A DNA stretch of 24,000 bases from Nitrosopumilaceae archaeon (GTDB lineage Archaea > Thermoproteota > Nitrososphaeria > Nitrososphaerales > Nitrosopumilaceae). A program made the position numbers and the translations under genes. Shown one piece after another: positions 23,099 to 24,000 of the stretch (position 1 is the stretch's first letter; each line of letters starts with the position of its first letter). The DNA is taken from contig JBBDOC010000035.1 of the NCBI GenBank assembly GCA_040877295.1, positions 4,371 through 28,370 of the forward strand, written 5' to 3'. The notes below the pieces were generated by a model. It was not told the origin of the DNA and did no database searches. It saw nothing but the letters and a program-made list of their open reading frames with translations.

Positions 23099-23218
23099 AT
23101 CTCAAGACTGTCTGTTATGCCAGTGCCAAAAGAAATCTGGAATGAAATACTAGAGAAAGCGCAAAAAGATTCCTAAAATAATCGGTTTATTGATATAGAT
23201 GATATTTTTAATAAAATC

Positions 23219-23458
23219 ATGGCAACGGCCTATGTTTTAATAAACTGCGAACTGGGTTCAGAAGAGTCAATCATACAACAACTAAAGAGCCTAGAAGGGG
23301 TCAAAGAAGTCCATGGAACTTTTGGAGCATACGATATCTTGGCAAAAATCGAGTCTCCAACTGTTGAATCACTACGTGAAACAATAACATGGAAAATTCG
23401 CAAAATTGAGAAGATTCGTTCTACTTTGACTTTGATGGGCATAGAAGGCCAATCTTAA
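23219..23458 (+). CDS. Stand-alone Lrp/AsnC-type RAM (ligand-binding) domain protein
   Basis: 79 aa. AYVLINCELGSEESIIQQLKSLEGVKEVHGTFGAYDILAKIE has the beta-alpha-beta-beta-alpha-beta pattern of AsnC-type C-terminal domains. Confidence 0.65.
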   Translation: MATAYVLINCELGSEESIIQQLKSLEGVKEVHGTFGAYDILAKIESPTVESLRETITWKIRKIEKIRSTLTLMGIEGQS

Positions 23459-23475
23459 ATCCTCTTTTTCTTGTT

Positions 23476-24000
23476 ATGCTTTTGCATTTTATTTTCGTAA
23501 TAAAAGATTCAGATCTAGGCAAAAGAGACAAAGAGTTTGATTATGTAAAAAAAATGGCGCAGTTTTACAAGGTTTGGATAAAAAATAATTTTTCAAAAGA
23601 TTTTGATGTGCAATGCGATGAGATGATAACAAAGTCTCGTGGGTTATTTAACAAGCTTGATACCACAACATTACTAAAAGATCACAGAGACCGTGGTGAA
23701 GACATTTATCATTTTTACCTGTGTCACTTTAGGCCGATATGGACAGACTGTACATGTGAAGGATATCATGCAGAAAATTTTGGAATGATCTGGTGGCAAC
23801 CTCAAAAAGAAGACGATCTACTGTTTTTAGCAGAAAAAAACTGCACTACAGTATCACATGAACTAGCACATGAACTGCTACGTCAAGGTAGAGACAAAAA
23901 TTATGTTGATACAGTACATGATGTTTGGACAAAACACACGTTTGCTAATTTGCCATTTGAGCAATACGACAAAGATTTTAAAAAAACAAACACAAAACCA
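23476..24000 (+). CDS. Hypothetical protein with HExxH motif (3' end outside the window)
   Basis: From ATG 23476 the frame stays open for 175 codons to the window edge (MLLLHFIFVIKDSDLGKRDKEF...NCTTVSHELAHELLRQGRD...). HELAH is a zincin-like HExxH motif. This ORF is not in the supplied track because it lacks a stop. Confidence 0.5.
   Translation, partial: MLLHFIFVIKDSDLGKRDKEFDYVKKMAQFYKVWIKNNFSKDFDVQCDEMITKSRGLFNKLDTTTLLKDHRDRGEDIYHFYLCHFRPIWTDCTCEGYHAENFGMIWWQPQKEDDLLFLAEKNCTTVSHELAHELLRQGRDKNYVDTVHDVWTKHTFANLPFEQYDKDFKKTNTKP

Overview
AT-rich archaeal chromosome segment that reads as a Nitrosopumilus-type ammonia-oxidising archaeon (Nitrososphaerota/Thaumarchaeota). The centre is the ammonia monooxygenase locus: amoB (minus strand), divergent from amoC-amoX-amoA (6108-8711). 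Four short uncharacterised genes sit next to amoB (4396-6029). Two of them are good candidates for the recently proposed extra AMO subunits (AmoY/AmoZ type). The rest is mostly housekeeping: ribosomal proteins S3Ae and S15, SerRS, TrpRS, PheRS alpha and beta, a RecJ/GAN-like DHH nuclease, a Pcc1-like protein and archaeal PPAT. There are four tRNA genes: Thr-GGU, Leu-UAA with two introns, Ile-GAU with one intron, and Ala-UGC. Other genes include an orphan Dam-family methyltransferase wedged between amoA and tRNA-Thr, a wHTH regulator with a CarH-like but degenerate B12-binding module, and a thioredoxin-fold protein. A divergent block of secreted and membrane proteins with cysteine motifs lies at 19604-22707. 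Items not explained by the ORF track: a 33-aa transmembrane peptide gene with its own promoter and terminator (12644-12745); a 42-aa peptide with nine Cys (19604-19732); a roughly 51% G+C structured-looking island in a convergent intergenic gap (19335-19525); an in-frame TGA that truncates an otherwise intact EVE-domain gene (23096); and an 11-nt promoter motif shared by amoB and one of the small AMO-adjacent genes. Most start codons lie about 25-30 nt downstream of TATA-like boxes (leaderless geometry), and I used this to move several track start sites. No CRISPR array, transposase, integrase or recognisable defence operon is visible.
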